A DNA stretch of 64,000 nt from Pyrodictiaceae archaeon (GCA_027046265.1 JALTZF010000040.1:2339-66338); one strand, 5' to 3'; counted from the stretch's first letter, positions 29,099 to 38,229 are shown. Program-made: numbers and translations. Notes: generated from the sequence alone by a model not told the origin.

Positions 29099-30688
29099 TT
29101 ATACTATTAAAAAGCCTAGTTTGACTAGTTTATCTATTCCTAACCCTAGACATAGTGATGAGTGTCCGTGGACGCTATATATGTATGCTGGCATGGGCTG
29201 GATTATACTGAAATACCTTCCACCACCTTCCTCCATAGTTATTTGGAGAGGTTGTACCTCGAACTCTATGTATAGGTCAACAATGGACTGTAGTGTGCGC
29301 AACAGTTTTTCATCAGTTGGGTTGACCATGAAATACATTGAGAGGGCTTGTCTCCTTTTAGTGAACAACATGAATTCGTACAAGTTTTTCAAAACTCTCT
29401 GTTCTTCTAGTAGCTCAAAGAGCAGCTTCAAATCTTCAATTACGACTACAGACAACCGGTAATCTTCGACGAAGCGCTGCATTCTATACATGAGTTCTTC
29501 AAGTATGAAGGATGCTGGGTTTATGCTGAGTATTGATAGGCGGCTAAGATAGTCTGTTTCAATGCTTTCAGTCTTGATGTTAAGGCCCTTGTAGAGCCCC
29601 CTTATTTTTTGTTTAATTGCTGAAGGACTTGCACGGAATGATACAATGCCTACTTTCAAGTTTTTCTGTGCTAGTAATGCTGCAGCTGCAAATAACTGTG
29701 AAGCTATTTGTGAGTGTCCCCCCGTAGCGTTCTTGAAGACAATGAGTACTTGGTTGCCGCCAAGTATTTCGCCTATACTCTTTCGTAGTATGTACTCATT
29801 TATGTCTCGCTGGGCTGAGCTTATTTCAAACCTCTTGAGGGATGCGCCATCTAGGACGCTTCTACATCTTTCACTGGATAGTAGCTTTAGAATGCCAGCT
29901 TTTGCGAATAGTTGGAATGCTTGCCATAAGTTTATGGTCTTTATTTTTGATGGTTCGGGGAGTTCTGAGGGTTCTTCGGGTAGGTATATTGTGAGTACGG
30001 TCTTTGGCCTTATGTGGAATACTGCTTCTGCAACATTTATTGGGGCCCATCTGAGTTTTCGTACTTCAATAACTCTCCTCAGTTTCCCTTCTTCATGTGT
30101 GAAGCGTAGAATTAGTACTGCATCGACAATGAACTCTTCTACGCCATATCCTATTACTTGGGCGCCATATGGGTGCTCAGCTATTATTATAGATATTACG
30201 CCGAGAGGTTTGAGACCGCTGACAAAGAAGTTTTGCACTATTTCACGGACGCGTGCACGGTTATTTATTATTTGTAGCATTGCGCTGATGCTATCTAATA
30301 CTATCCTATTTATTCTTTTCTCTATGACATTGTCCATTATTTCTTCTAGTTGTTTTATTAATGCTTCCTCATCAACTATGGTTAATGCTTCAACGTAGTG
30401 AAATAATCCTTTTGCCTCTAATTCTCTAAAGTCCATACCTATAGAGGTCATTTGGCTTATAAAGTCTCTGTATGACTGGACAAAGCTTATATACATTGTT
30501 GGGTCGTTGTATCTCTTCATTGCCTCATAGAGTATTTTGGCTGCTATAGTTGTCTTACCTGTTCCAGGGTTTCCGGCTAGGAGAACTATTGCTCCCCGGG
30601 GTATGCCTCCGCCAAGCAGTTTATCTAGAGACTCTATGCCTGTGGGAATGTTTTCGATGCGTATGTTGTCGCTAATAATATCGGCCAT
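29099..30688 (-). CDS. two-domain KaiC/RecA-like ATPase (second domain with degenerate Walker A)
   Basis: Domain 1 has GNPGTGKTT and RIVLDSIS. Domain 2 has KNATGGHSQ in place of a P-loop but keeps VVVIEDL. Confidence 0.8.
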   Translation of the reverse strand: MADIISDNIRIENIPTGIESLDKLLGGGIPRGAIVLLAGNPGTGKTTIAAKILYEAMKRYNDPTMYISFVQSYRDFISQMTSIGMDFRELEAKGLFHYVEALTIVDEEALIKQLEEIMDNVIEKRINRIVLDSISAMLQIINNRARVREIVQNFFVSGLKPLGVISIIIAEHPYGAQVIGYGVEEFIVDAVLILRFTHEEGKLRRVIEVRKLRWAPINVAEAVFHIRPKTVLTIYLPEEPSELPEPSKIKTINLWQAFQLFAKAGILKLLSSERCRSVLDGASLKRFEISSAQRDINEYILRKSIGEILGGNQVLIVFKNATGGHSQIASQLFAAAALLAQKNLKVGIVSFRASPSAIKQKIRGLYKGLNIKTESIETDYLSRLSILSINPASFILEELMYRMQRFVEDYRLSVVVIEDLKLLFELLEEQRVLKNLYEFMLFTKRRQALSMYFMVNPTDEKLLRTLQSIVDLYIEFEVQPLQITMEEGGGRYFSIIQPMPAYIYSVHGHSSLCLGLGIDKLVKLGFLIV

Positions 30689-30813
30689 ACGTGCAAAGCC
30701 CCCAGGCTAGATTTAGGCACTCTGGTACTAGAATATTTATAGTCTCCTAACAGTTCACGTAGCGTTCTATCCAGGATATATTTTCCGGTTAATCTATGTC
30801 GCTTGGGCTCTTC

Positions 30814-31713
30814 TCATTGCCCCATTAGTGGTGCACCTGTAATCATGGGGGAGAGTATGAATGCTATGAGTGTTGTCAACATAAGTATGACAAAGTACTT
30901 AGGTGCAAGTATTGTGTGGCCATGTATTATTCTAGCTATGACGATGGAGGATGCAAAATTTATCATTATGAGAGAGTAGAAGTAGAGTCCTCTTACGAGT
31001 CCCAAGTCTACTCGTAGTCCCCCGACTCCGGGGAGTTTGAGTTCCAGCATGTAGTAGAGGAGTCCTAGCATTACGCCAGCTGATACTGCGAATGTTATCG
31101 ATGCAAGCATGACTATGAATACATACTCGCTAAGTCGATTACGTGTTATTCTTATTAGTCTTCTTATTTCGCGTGAGTGAGCAGTTGTAGCTGATAGTAC
31201 TAGGTGGGGGTTTCCTCCGCTACGGGCTGCTGTGACTATGCTTTTTAGGAATATTCTTACTCTTCTCGGCGTGTTTTTTGTTGCACGGTCAAACGCTTCT
31301 TGGAGGTTTCCTGTGCTCTTGTAGGCGTAGGCTAAGTGTTTTAGTCTACTTGCTAGTGGTTCTTCTATTAGTTCTGAAGCAACGGTTAAGGCTTCATATG
31401 TCGACCTGGTTGATGATATTATGCTGGCAAATGCTGCCAGGAAATCTGTTACTTGTTCTTCTAGGGACTCAACGAGTTTTACACGTTTCCTGGCATAGAT
31501 GGAGAGAGGTATCATGGATATTGTTATAGCTGTCGAGATGTTAATTATTGAGCCCAGGTCTGTTATTACTGGAATGAATATTGAGCGTTTTATCTCGTAT
31601 CTTGCCGTGAGCCCTGGGTCTATTATGCCGATAATAGTGTTATACACATAGAGAGACCATAGTAAGAATAGTAATAGTGCTATTATGCACGATGCTATAG
31701 CCCACTTGTCCAC
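30814..31713 (-). CDS. T2SSF/TadC-like pilus-assembly membrane protein
   Basis: An N-terminal helix, a cytoplasmic helical domain, then three C-terminal helices. It is adjacent to a second copy and to the ATPase. Confidence 0.6.
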   Translation of the reverse strand: MDKWAIASCIIALLLFLLWSLYVYNTIIGIIDPGLTARYEIKRSIFIPVITDLGSIINISTAITISMIPLSIYARKRVKLVESLEEQVTDFLAAFASIISSTRSTYEALTVASELIEEPLASRLKHLAYAYKSTGNLQEAFDRATKNTPRRVRIFLKSIVTAARSGGNPHLVLSATTAHSREIRRLIRITRNRLSEYVFIVMLASITFAVSAGVMLGLLYYMLELKLPGVGGLRVDLGLVRGLYFYSLIMINFASSIVIARIIHGHTILAPKYFVILMLTTLIAFILSPMITGAPLMGQ

Positions 31714-31744
31714 GGTGAAGCATCACCTTTGCATGAGCTTTCTC

Positions 31745-32635
31745 TCAGACTCTTACCTTTGAAATTATTGAGTCGGATAGGATTATGACGAGAGCTGAGA
31801 CTATGGGTGTGAGTATGAATGTTGCGAGGAACAGTATAGAGTTAAAGTTTAGCCAGCTCGGTAGTGGCCGGCCTAGGGGGAATAATAGTAGTAACCCTAC
31901 AACGCCAACGACTACAGGCAACATAACGCTTAGTGAAACGTAGAACTCGAGTAGTGCTGCTAGACTGGATGTTACACGATCTATCTCGGTTTCGACTGCA
32001 AATAAGAAGTCGCGGAGTAGTGTCTCAACTATTTCTGTCATACCGCTTCCTGCTCTAGAGGCGACAGCTAGTGATGAGAAGAGTCTTCTTAGTGTGGGGC
32101 TTGGCGTTATGTAGGCTACTCTTTCAAGTGCTTCATGTACGTCTACGCCAGACTTCACCATAGAGCTTAAGTATTCAATCTCTATTTTGAACCATGGGAG
32201 GTCATGTGCATCTCTTTCAGCCATGTCGAGGATAGCATATGCTAGTGTGGCTCCAGATAGTAGGCGTGAGAGTAGGGCGGAGGCAAATAATGGGAATCGT
32301 GGTTCTAGTGTTGACCCTCTGTTCTTGTAGAATGTGCCTGGTAATGATATTGCTAGTGCGAGTCCGAAAGTAAACATGGATATGCCAGCTAATATGCTGG
32401 AAACTACTGAGATGTGAATACCGTATTCCCTAAAGAAGAGTGCTATGAGAGAAGATGCGAGAGCTGTTATTATGATGAGTAGCGCGAGTACAGTTGAAGC
32501 ATACCGGTATATGCTCTTTGATAATCCTGAACCTAGTACTTGGTATTCGATGAGGGGGTTTAGCCGTGTTAGTAAGTTCACAAACTTCTCAACTATGCTT
32601 TCTATAGAGCTGCGGAGACCCATACAAAACTGCAC
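31745..32635 (-). CDS. T2SSF/TadB-like pilus-assembly membrane protein
   Basis: Same architecture as the neighbouring T2SSF gene. It abuts the ATPase gene with a 1-nt gap. Confidence 0.6.
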   Translation of the reverse strand: MQFCMGLRSSIESIVEKFVNLLTRLNPLIEYQVLGSGLSKSIYRYASTVLALLIIITALASSLIALFFREYGIHISVVSSILAGISMFTFGLALAISLPGTFYKNRGSTLEPRFPLFASALLSRLLSGATLAYAILDMAERDAHDLPWFKIEIEYLSSMVKSGVDVHEALERVAYITPSPTLRRLFSSLAVASRAGSGMTEIVETLLRDFLFAVETEIDRVTSSLAALLEFYVSLSVMLPVVVGVVGLLLLFPLGRPLPSWLNFNSILFLATFILTPIVSALVIILSDSIISKVRV

Positions 32636-32636
32636 C

Positions 32637-34220
32637 TCATTCTGTTGAGAACTTGTATGGTTCTACTCCCTCTGCGAGGGCTTCTTCGTAGACTGCTTCC
32701 GGGTCTCTGAGATACCTCCTCATAACCTCGTGGAGTTCGAGTGTATCCATGTTCTTCTCTGCAGCCCACTTGAGCACCGTAGCCCTCATCTCAAGGTCCT
32801 TCCAGACGTCAGAAGGCCTTACTGCAGCGAGTTCTGCAACAATTTTTACGAAGGCAGCCTCTCTTGTGCCTAGGAAGCTCCAGGAGTCACTGTCTCTTCT
32901 CCACCTGTACAATCTATTGAAGACTATGGTGTCACGCTCAAGATTATAGCCTATAACCTCATCTACTCTTGTGACACGTCGTAGAACCCTGCCCTTATGT
33001 TCTATGCGCAGAATATTGACGAAGAGTTTAGCTGAGGCTATTAGGCTCTTCGGGACATTCATTGGTGGTGATGCAAGCCTATTTATTAGCACTTCTGCGC
33101 TTTCAGCATGCACGGTAGTCACGCCGCCATGACCTGTTGCTATTGCCTGGAAGAAGGCAAAGGCTTCCCTGCTACGTATCTCTCCGACAATAATGACGTC
33201 AGGCCTCATACGTAGAGCACTCTCTACAAGTGCTTGTAGCGTGACATTTTGTACGCCAGGAGAGTCGCTGAGCCTCGTGTATAGGGCTGACCAGTTCTCG
33301 TGGAATGGAAGGTAGATCTCAGGAGTGTCCTCGACACTTACAACTTTGTATTCTGGTGGTAATAGCATTGTTATAGCGTTTAATAATGTCGTCTTGCCAC
33401 TACCTGTTGGGCCATATATGATTATACCCTGCTTATATTGAAGTGCAGCCCAGAGAAACGCGGCAATTCCAGGCTCTATAGTCCTATTACGTAGGAGTTC
33501 AACGACAGTAAATGGTTCGGCACGGAATTTCCTAATAGTAAAGCTGTGCCCACGGCGTGATACCACATCGAGGATCAAGTGTACACGGTAGCCCTCAGGC
33601 TTTAGCACTCCTTCGACAATAGGCCTAGCAAGGCTTGGCTCTTGACCAGAGCGTATGGCAAGCTTCATAACTATACTTTCAAGTTCGCTAGGGTCATCAA
33701 ATATTATCTCAGTGGTTAGCCACTCAAACTTTGAATGATAGACGAACAGTGGGTTATAGAGCCCGTTACAAGTTATATCTTCAATGTAGGGGTCGCGTAT
33801 TAATGGGTCAATACGCCCATAGCCAACCATGTCTCTAGCAACATGATAGGCTACGGCAAGTGCAACCTCCTCTGGAGATCTCCCTTCACGCTTTATAGGC
33901 CCAGCAAGTATTTTAGCCCAGAAAGAAGCAAGCTTGTAAGCCTCGGAAAGGCCTCTAGCAAAGTCTCCTAGTTCGGCGAAACGGTGAAGAGTATCCATAT
34001 CACGCATTATACGCGCTACAACACGCTTTCTGATAATCTCGCCAGTCTTCCCGAGCTCAGGCTCTACAACCCTGTAGAAGCGGCGCCCAAACTCGTCCTC
34101 AAAAATCTGTGCAACAACTCTAGGCTCCTCTAACAACGAATACTCATCAAGAACCTTAGCTGCACCACTCTCTACACTATTAGCCTCCGTCTCTCTGGAA
34201 TTACTCATTACTTTTAGCAC
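32637..34220 (-). CDS. type II/IV secretion-family ATPase (FlaI/PilB/VirB11-like)
   Basis: Walker A YGPTGSGKTT, VEDTPEI, IIVGEIR and GHGGVTTVHA motifs. Confidence 0.9.
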   Translation of the reverse strand: MLKVMSNSRETEANSVESGAAKVLDEYSLLEEPRVVAQIFEDEFGRRFYRVVEPELGKTGEIIRKRVVARIMRDMDTLHRFAELGDFARGLSEAYKLASFWAKILAGPIKREGRSPEEVALAVAYHVARDMVGYGRIDPLIRDPYIEDITCNGLYNPLFVYHSKFEWLTTEIIFDDPSELESIVMKLAIRSGQEPSLARPIVEGVLKPEGYRVHLILDVVSRRGHSFTIRKFRAEPFTVVELLRNRTIEPGIAAFLWAALQYKQGIIIYGPTGSGKTTLLNAITMLLPPEYKVVSVEDTPEIYLPFHENWSALYTRLSDSPGVQNVTLQALVESALRMRPDVIIVGEIRSREAFAFFQAIATGHGGVTTVHAESAEVLINRLASPPMNVPKSLIASAKLFVNILRIEHKGRVLRRVTRVDEVIGYNLERDTIVFNRLYRWRRDSDSWSFLGTREAAFVKIVAELAAVRPSDVWKDLEMRATVLKWAAEKNMDTLELHEVMRRYLRDPEAVYEEALAEGVEPYKFSTE

Positions 34221-34465
34221 CTACACCAGAGTAGAGGAGACCCCTTCACTTGTTATAACATTACTATGAGGTGAGTAGCCAATAATGTTTTCTTTGAGTG
34301 TAAACACTATAAATTATTGGAATTTAAACACCTTAACAATATTAGATGAGAGCACTATAATAAAGCATAGCTATATGAGGTTATTGGATTGTCCAGGCTT
34401 TGGCTATACAAAAACAAAATAGCATGGTTTTGGAGATACACCATGCCACTAAGCAATTAAAGAGG

Positions 34466-34921
34466 TTATTGTCGTACTATTAGTGTGTAGGTTGCCTCAA
34501 CACCATTGATTGTCGTCACTTTGACTGTGTAGATACCTGGGCTGAGAGGGCCAACGCCTAGCTTTGACAGATTTATCAATGCCTGCTTAACCTCGCCAAC
34601 TGGTATGTTGATGTTGCTTAGGGTAGTATTGGCAGCCACTACTGAGCCTGCAGCGTCTAAGAGGAAGGCACCGCTAATATTGACGGGTATTTCTCCTATG
34701 TTGCGTACGAATATTGTGACAGTGATATTGTTTGGATCTGTATTATTGTATCTTACTGCATCAATCTTTATTCTCTCGTACAATGCTTCTTGTCCTGTAG
34801 TCTGGCTTGATGCTGCTCCACTAACCCAGAGGTAGAGAATGGCTGCTGTAGCTATAGCTATGAGTACGAGTAAGGCGGTAGCCACAACCGGGGATATACC
34901 ACGGATGACGTGTCTAGCCAT
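34466..34921 (-). CDS. archaeal type IV pilin-like protein (class III signal peptide)
   Basis: N-terminus MARHVIRGISPVVATALLVLIAIATAAILYLWV is a prepilin-peptidase-type signal (RG/ISPV) followed by a hydrophobic helix. Confidence 0.75.
   Translation of the reverse strand: MARHVIRGISPVVATALLVLIAIATAAILYLWVSGAASSQTTGQEALYERIKIDAVRYNNTDPNNITVTIFVRNIGEIPVNISGAFLLDAAGSVVAANTTLSNINIPVGEVKQALINLSKLGVGPLSPGIYTVKVTTINGVEATYTLIVRQ
34802..34867. repeat. 66-bp segment identical to 35234-35299 (pilin N-terminal helix coding)
   Basis: ctggcttgatgctgctccactaacccagaggtagagaatggctgctgtagctatagctatgagtac is present in both pilin genes. Confidence 0.85.
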
Positions 34922-34933
34922 GCCACCTTCACC

Positions 34934-35344
34934 TCAGCGTACTACTAGTGTGTAGGTTGCCTCAACACCATTTTCAGTTACAACTTTTACTGTATAGATG
35001 CCTGGATCCAGTGTCGCACTCACTTGTACTTGTATTATATCGCCTGGGTTCAGGCTTTGACTTAATGTAGTGTCTTGTGCTACTGTTCCAGTTGCATTTA
35101 TTACGTATGCAGCAGATATGGTTACAGGTGTCTCGCCAATATTATGCACATATATAATCACGCGGTTATTTGTGTCATCATACTGTACGGCATCTATTTT
35201 TATTCTCTCGTAAAGTACTTCTTCGCCGCCTAGCTGGCTTGATGCTGCTCCACTAACCCAGAGGTAGAGAATGGCTGCTGTAGCTATAGCTATGAGTACT
35301 AGGAGTGCTGTTGCTACAACGGGTGAGATTCCGCGTATGTGCAT
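34934..35344 (-). CDS. archaeal type IV pilin-like protein, tandem paralog
   Basis: MHIRGISPVVATALLVLIAIATAAILYLWV. The N-terminal helix is identical to the neighbouring gene. Confidence 0.75.
   Translation of the reverse strand: MHIRGISPVVATALLVLIAIATAAILYLWVSGAASSQLGGEEVLYERIKIDAVQYDDTNNRVIIYVHNIGETPVTISAAYVINATGTVAQDTTLSQSLNPGDIIQVQVSATLDPGIYTVKVVTENGVEATYTLVVR
35234..35299. repeat. 66-bp segment identical to 34802-34867
   Basis: Second copy of the repeat at 34802-34867. Confidence 0.85.
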
Positions 35345-35503
35345 GCTATTCTCACCCGTGACGGAGAGGTTTTACGTACATTGTGGATTATGTTACTCAT
35401 GTTAATATTGTCTGGGATCATACTTATAAAATTTATCCCGATAAACTTCCTTTTAAAAAATTGTTCATGGGTTTAAAACGTCTTACTAGTGGGTTAAGCA
35501 GTG

Positions 35504-35776
35504 TCATATTTCTATTAGTACTAACTCAACTTCTTTACATGCTGTCATTATGCTTGTTTCTTTAATTATGTTAGCTATATCCACAGCGCGGGTCTTATGG
35601 TTGTGTATTTTTAGTATGCAAGTATCACGGTAAACGTGTAGTGTAATTATTATCTTATTGTTCTTCATTACTAGCATGCTTGTAGAGTGTCGTGCAACAT
35701 AGTATCCCATACGTGCTAGGTGTGCGTGCAGCTGTTCGGTTAAGCGTAGGGGGTCAGAATAGGTTTGTTTATGCAT
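35504..35776 (-). CDS. hypothetical protein (90 aa)
   Basis: ORF only. Confidence 0.3.
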   Translation of the reverse strand: MHKQTYSDPLRLTEQLHAHLARMGYYVARHSTSMLVMKNNKIIITLHVYRDTCILKIHNHKTRAVDIANIIKETSIMTACKEVELVLIEI

Positions 35777-35908
35777 TACTGTTGCGCCCTTGGCTAAGTG
35801 TTCTAGGATGATCTTTCTGCCTTTGATAGTTATTCTAAAAATGTTTCTCTAATATATTAGCTTTGGGTGATTATTCACACTCATAATTTAGTTTAGAGTT
35901 TGGATATG

Positions 35909-36631
35909 TTAATGAGCGTGTTCCTTGTTTGTTTTCTTTAGAATGAAGCGGGCGTCTACTATTAGGGCTTTGTCTGGGTAGCTCATGACTGGGTTTAAGT
36001 CCATTTCGCTTATCTCGGGGTTTTCTACAAGTATCTTTTGCGCTTTCATTATTATGTATATTAGGCTCTTTATGTCTCTTGGTGGCATGTTTCTATAGCC
36101 TTTAAGCATTTTGTATGCTTTTACTTCTCTTATCATGTCTTCTGCGTCTTGTTCTGTGAATGGTGCTACTCTGAAGCTTACATCCTTGAATAGCTCGACG
36201 AATATTCCTCCGAGACCGAACATTATTGTTGGGCCGAAGACGGGGTCGCGTATTCCTCCGATGACTACTTCTATAGCATCCTTTGGGGCCATGGCTTGTA
36301 CTAGTATGCCTTCAATTTGCGCATTTGGCATGTGTTTCTTTGTGTTCTCTATTATCTGGTTAAAGGCCTTCTTGACTTCCTCGGGGGTGTTTAGCCCCAC
36401 TACAACTCCTCCAACGTCGCTCTTGTGTATTATTTGTGGACTAACTATCTTTAACACTACTGGGTATCCTATTTTTTCAGCTATGCTGACTGCCTCCTCG
36501 GCGTCTCTTGCCAGTCCATAGCCTGGTATTGGGGCGCTATACGACTCTAGGAGCTGCATAGCTTCATGCTCTAATAGTTTGTTCCTGCCAGAAGCTAATG
36601 CCCGGTCTATGATTTCACGTGGTGAAACCAT
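35909..36631 (-). CDS. ADP-forming acetyl-CoA synthetase beta subunit (ATP-grasp)
   Basis: LLEHEAMQLLESY...GYPVVLKIVSPQIIHKSDVGGVVVGL is typical of the ACD beta/ATP-grasp_5 family. No alpha subunit is adjacent. Confidence 0.7.
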   Translation of the reverse strand: MVSPREIIDRALASGRNKLLEHEAMQLLESYSAPIPGYGLARDAEEAVSIAEKIGYPVVLKIVSPQIIHKSDVGGVVVGLNTPEEVKKAFNQIIENTKKHMPNAQIEGILVQAMAPKDAIEVVIGGIRDPVFGPTIMFGLGGIFVELFKDVSFRVAPFTEQDAEDMIREVKAYKMLKGYRNMPPRDIKSLIYIIMKAQKILVENPEISEMDLNPVMSYPDKALIVDARFILKKTNKEHAH

Positions 36632-36833
36632 ACTCGTACACCCTCATTCCCTTTGCGACTATTGTGTTCAACCATTTTAGAATTGGTATCTAGTCAAGAA
36701 TAATAAGTTCTCCCTGAATAAATAACTATACAATCGGGGAGTTTTGCTCTAAGGCTGTGGAGCTTGTCCTGGCCTTGTGTATCTTTGTAGTGTTGGCCTA
36801 TAGCTCGCCTAATTAGCACGATGCACAATATTA

Positions 36834-37604
36834 TTGGGTACTGGCAGGTGGCTGAGGGTGATTGTTTCCAGGACAGCTATAGTCTTGGCTGCGGGTGAAG
36901 GCAGAAGACTAGGTGGACGAAAGATCTTTGTTAAGGTGCGAGGTAGGCCGCTGATATGGTATCCCTTAACTGTTCTTCACTTAATTGGTGTTAGTGAGTT
37001 CTTTATAGTTACAAGGCGAGAGTATATTAGTGATTTATCGCGTGTAGTGTCTAGTATTGCTGGTTCTAATTCATTTGATATCATTGTAAATGAGGAGGTT
37101 TGGAGAGAGAATGGTCATAGCCTAGTACTAGGCTTGAAGAGGCTTGGGCCTCGTCATGCTATTGTGTCTATGAGTGACCATGTGTACTCACCAGTTATAC
37201 CATTGAGGGTTGCTGCGGGATATCGTGGCTGGGAGGTCTATAGTGTTGGTTGTGATGCTGCCCCAGGCTACGTAGACGTTGATGAGGCCACAAAGATTTC
37301 TGCTACGCCACCACTACTGCACAGTGTTGGAAAGGGGCTAGAGTCCTGGCTCTGTATAGACGTGGGAGTCCACGCTGTTCATGATGCACGGTACATGGCT
37401 AATGAAGCTCTTTTTGCGTATAAGAGAGGAGTGCTTAGGTTGAATACTCTTGTAAGGCATGTTGCCTCGAAGAAGGTTGTGCGCGTTGAAATCTTTAAGG
37501 GTATTCCTTGGACCGAGATCGATACTCCCCGGGACTTAGAGGAAGCAGAAAAGGGTGTTAGGAGGGGTGTTATAGACCATGTCATCAGCTGGACCAGAAG
37601 GTAG
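36834..37604 (+). CDS. nucleotidyltransferase, probable CTP:inositol-1-phosphate cytidylyltransferase (IPCT)
   Basis: AIVLAAGEGRRLGG signature. It overlaps the CDP-alcohol phosphatidyltransferase gene by 26 nt. Confidence 0.55.
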   Translation: MGTGRWLRVIVSRTAIVLAAGEGRRLGGRKIFVKVRGRPLIWYPLTVLHLIGVSEFFIVTRREYISDLSRVVSSIAGSNSFDIIVNEEVWRENGHSLVLGLKRLGPRHAIVSMSDHVYSPVIPLRVAAGYRGWEVYSVGCDAAPGYVDVDEATKISATPPLLHSVGKGLESWLCIDVGVHAVHDARYMANEALFAYKRGVLRLNTLVRHVASKKVVRVEIFKGIPWTEIDTPRDLEEAEKGVRRGVIDHVISWTRR

Positions 37605-38229
37605 AGCAGAGCTTGTAAAGCCTACTGATGGCGTTGTGTCGAGGCTAGTTAACCGGCGCATATCGACAAGGATAAGCTTATTTATAGTGAGGTATGCCTC
37701 TCCAAGTCCTGACCTTGTAAGCGTTATAGCTGCTTCTCTCGTCGCGCTAGGAGGGGCTTTGTTTGCATCTGGCAGGCTTCTATTAGGAGGTGTTGTCGCA
37801 CAGCTAGGCTCGATTATTGATGGTGTTGATGGGGAGATTGCAAGGTTGACCGGGAAACAAAGCAGAGCAGGCGGTTTCTTTGACACAATGCTTGACAGAT
37901 TGGCTGATGTAGCGTTAATACTTGGCGTAGGCATGGCTGCAATGTATTCTCTTCATCCTCAAACTGCGCTTGCCTTAGCAGTGCTTGCAGTGAGTGCTGA
38001 TCTACTTGTGTCGTACCTGCATGCAGTAGGAGAGAAGGTCTCTAGTAGACATCCAGCACTTGTAGGTAGGATACCGAATATTGCAGGTCGTGATACCAGA
38101 ATCTTCATTCTATTCCTGGCCGGAGTCACTGGAGCCGTTTGGCAAGGACTACTAGTAATGACCGCTTTATCGTACTTCTATGTTGTAGTTAAGAGCATAG
38201 AGATCCTAAGATACCTAGAGTCAAAGTAG
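37579..38229 (+). CDS. CDP-alcohol phosphatidyltransferase, probable di-myo-inositol-phosphate phosphate synthase (DIPPS)
   Basis: DGVDGEIARLTGKQSRAGGFFDTMLDRLAD matches D-G-x2-A-R-x8-G-x3-D-x3-D. It has about 6 helices and is coupled to the IPCT-like gene. Confidence 0.65.
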   Translation: MSSAGPEGRAELVKPTDGVVSRLVNRRISTRISLFIVRYASPSPDLVSVIAASLVALGGALFASGRLLLGGVVAQLGSIIDGVDGEIARLTGKQSRAGGFFDTMLDRLADVALILGVGMAAMYSLHPQTALALAVLAVSADLLVSYLHAVGEKVSSRHPALVGRIPNIAGRDTRIFILFLAGVTGAVWQGLLVMTALSYFYVVVKSIEILRYLESK

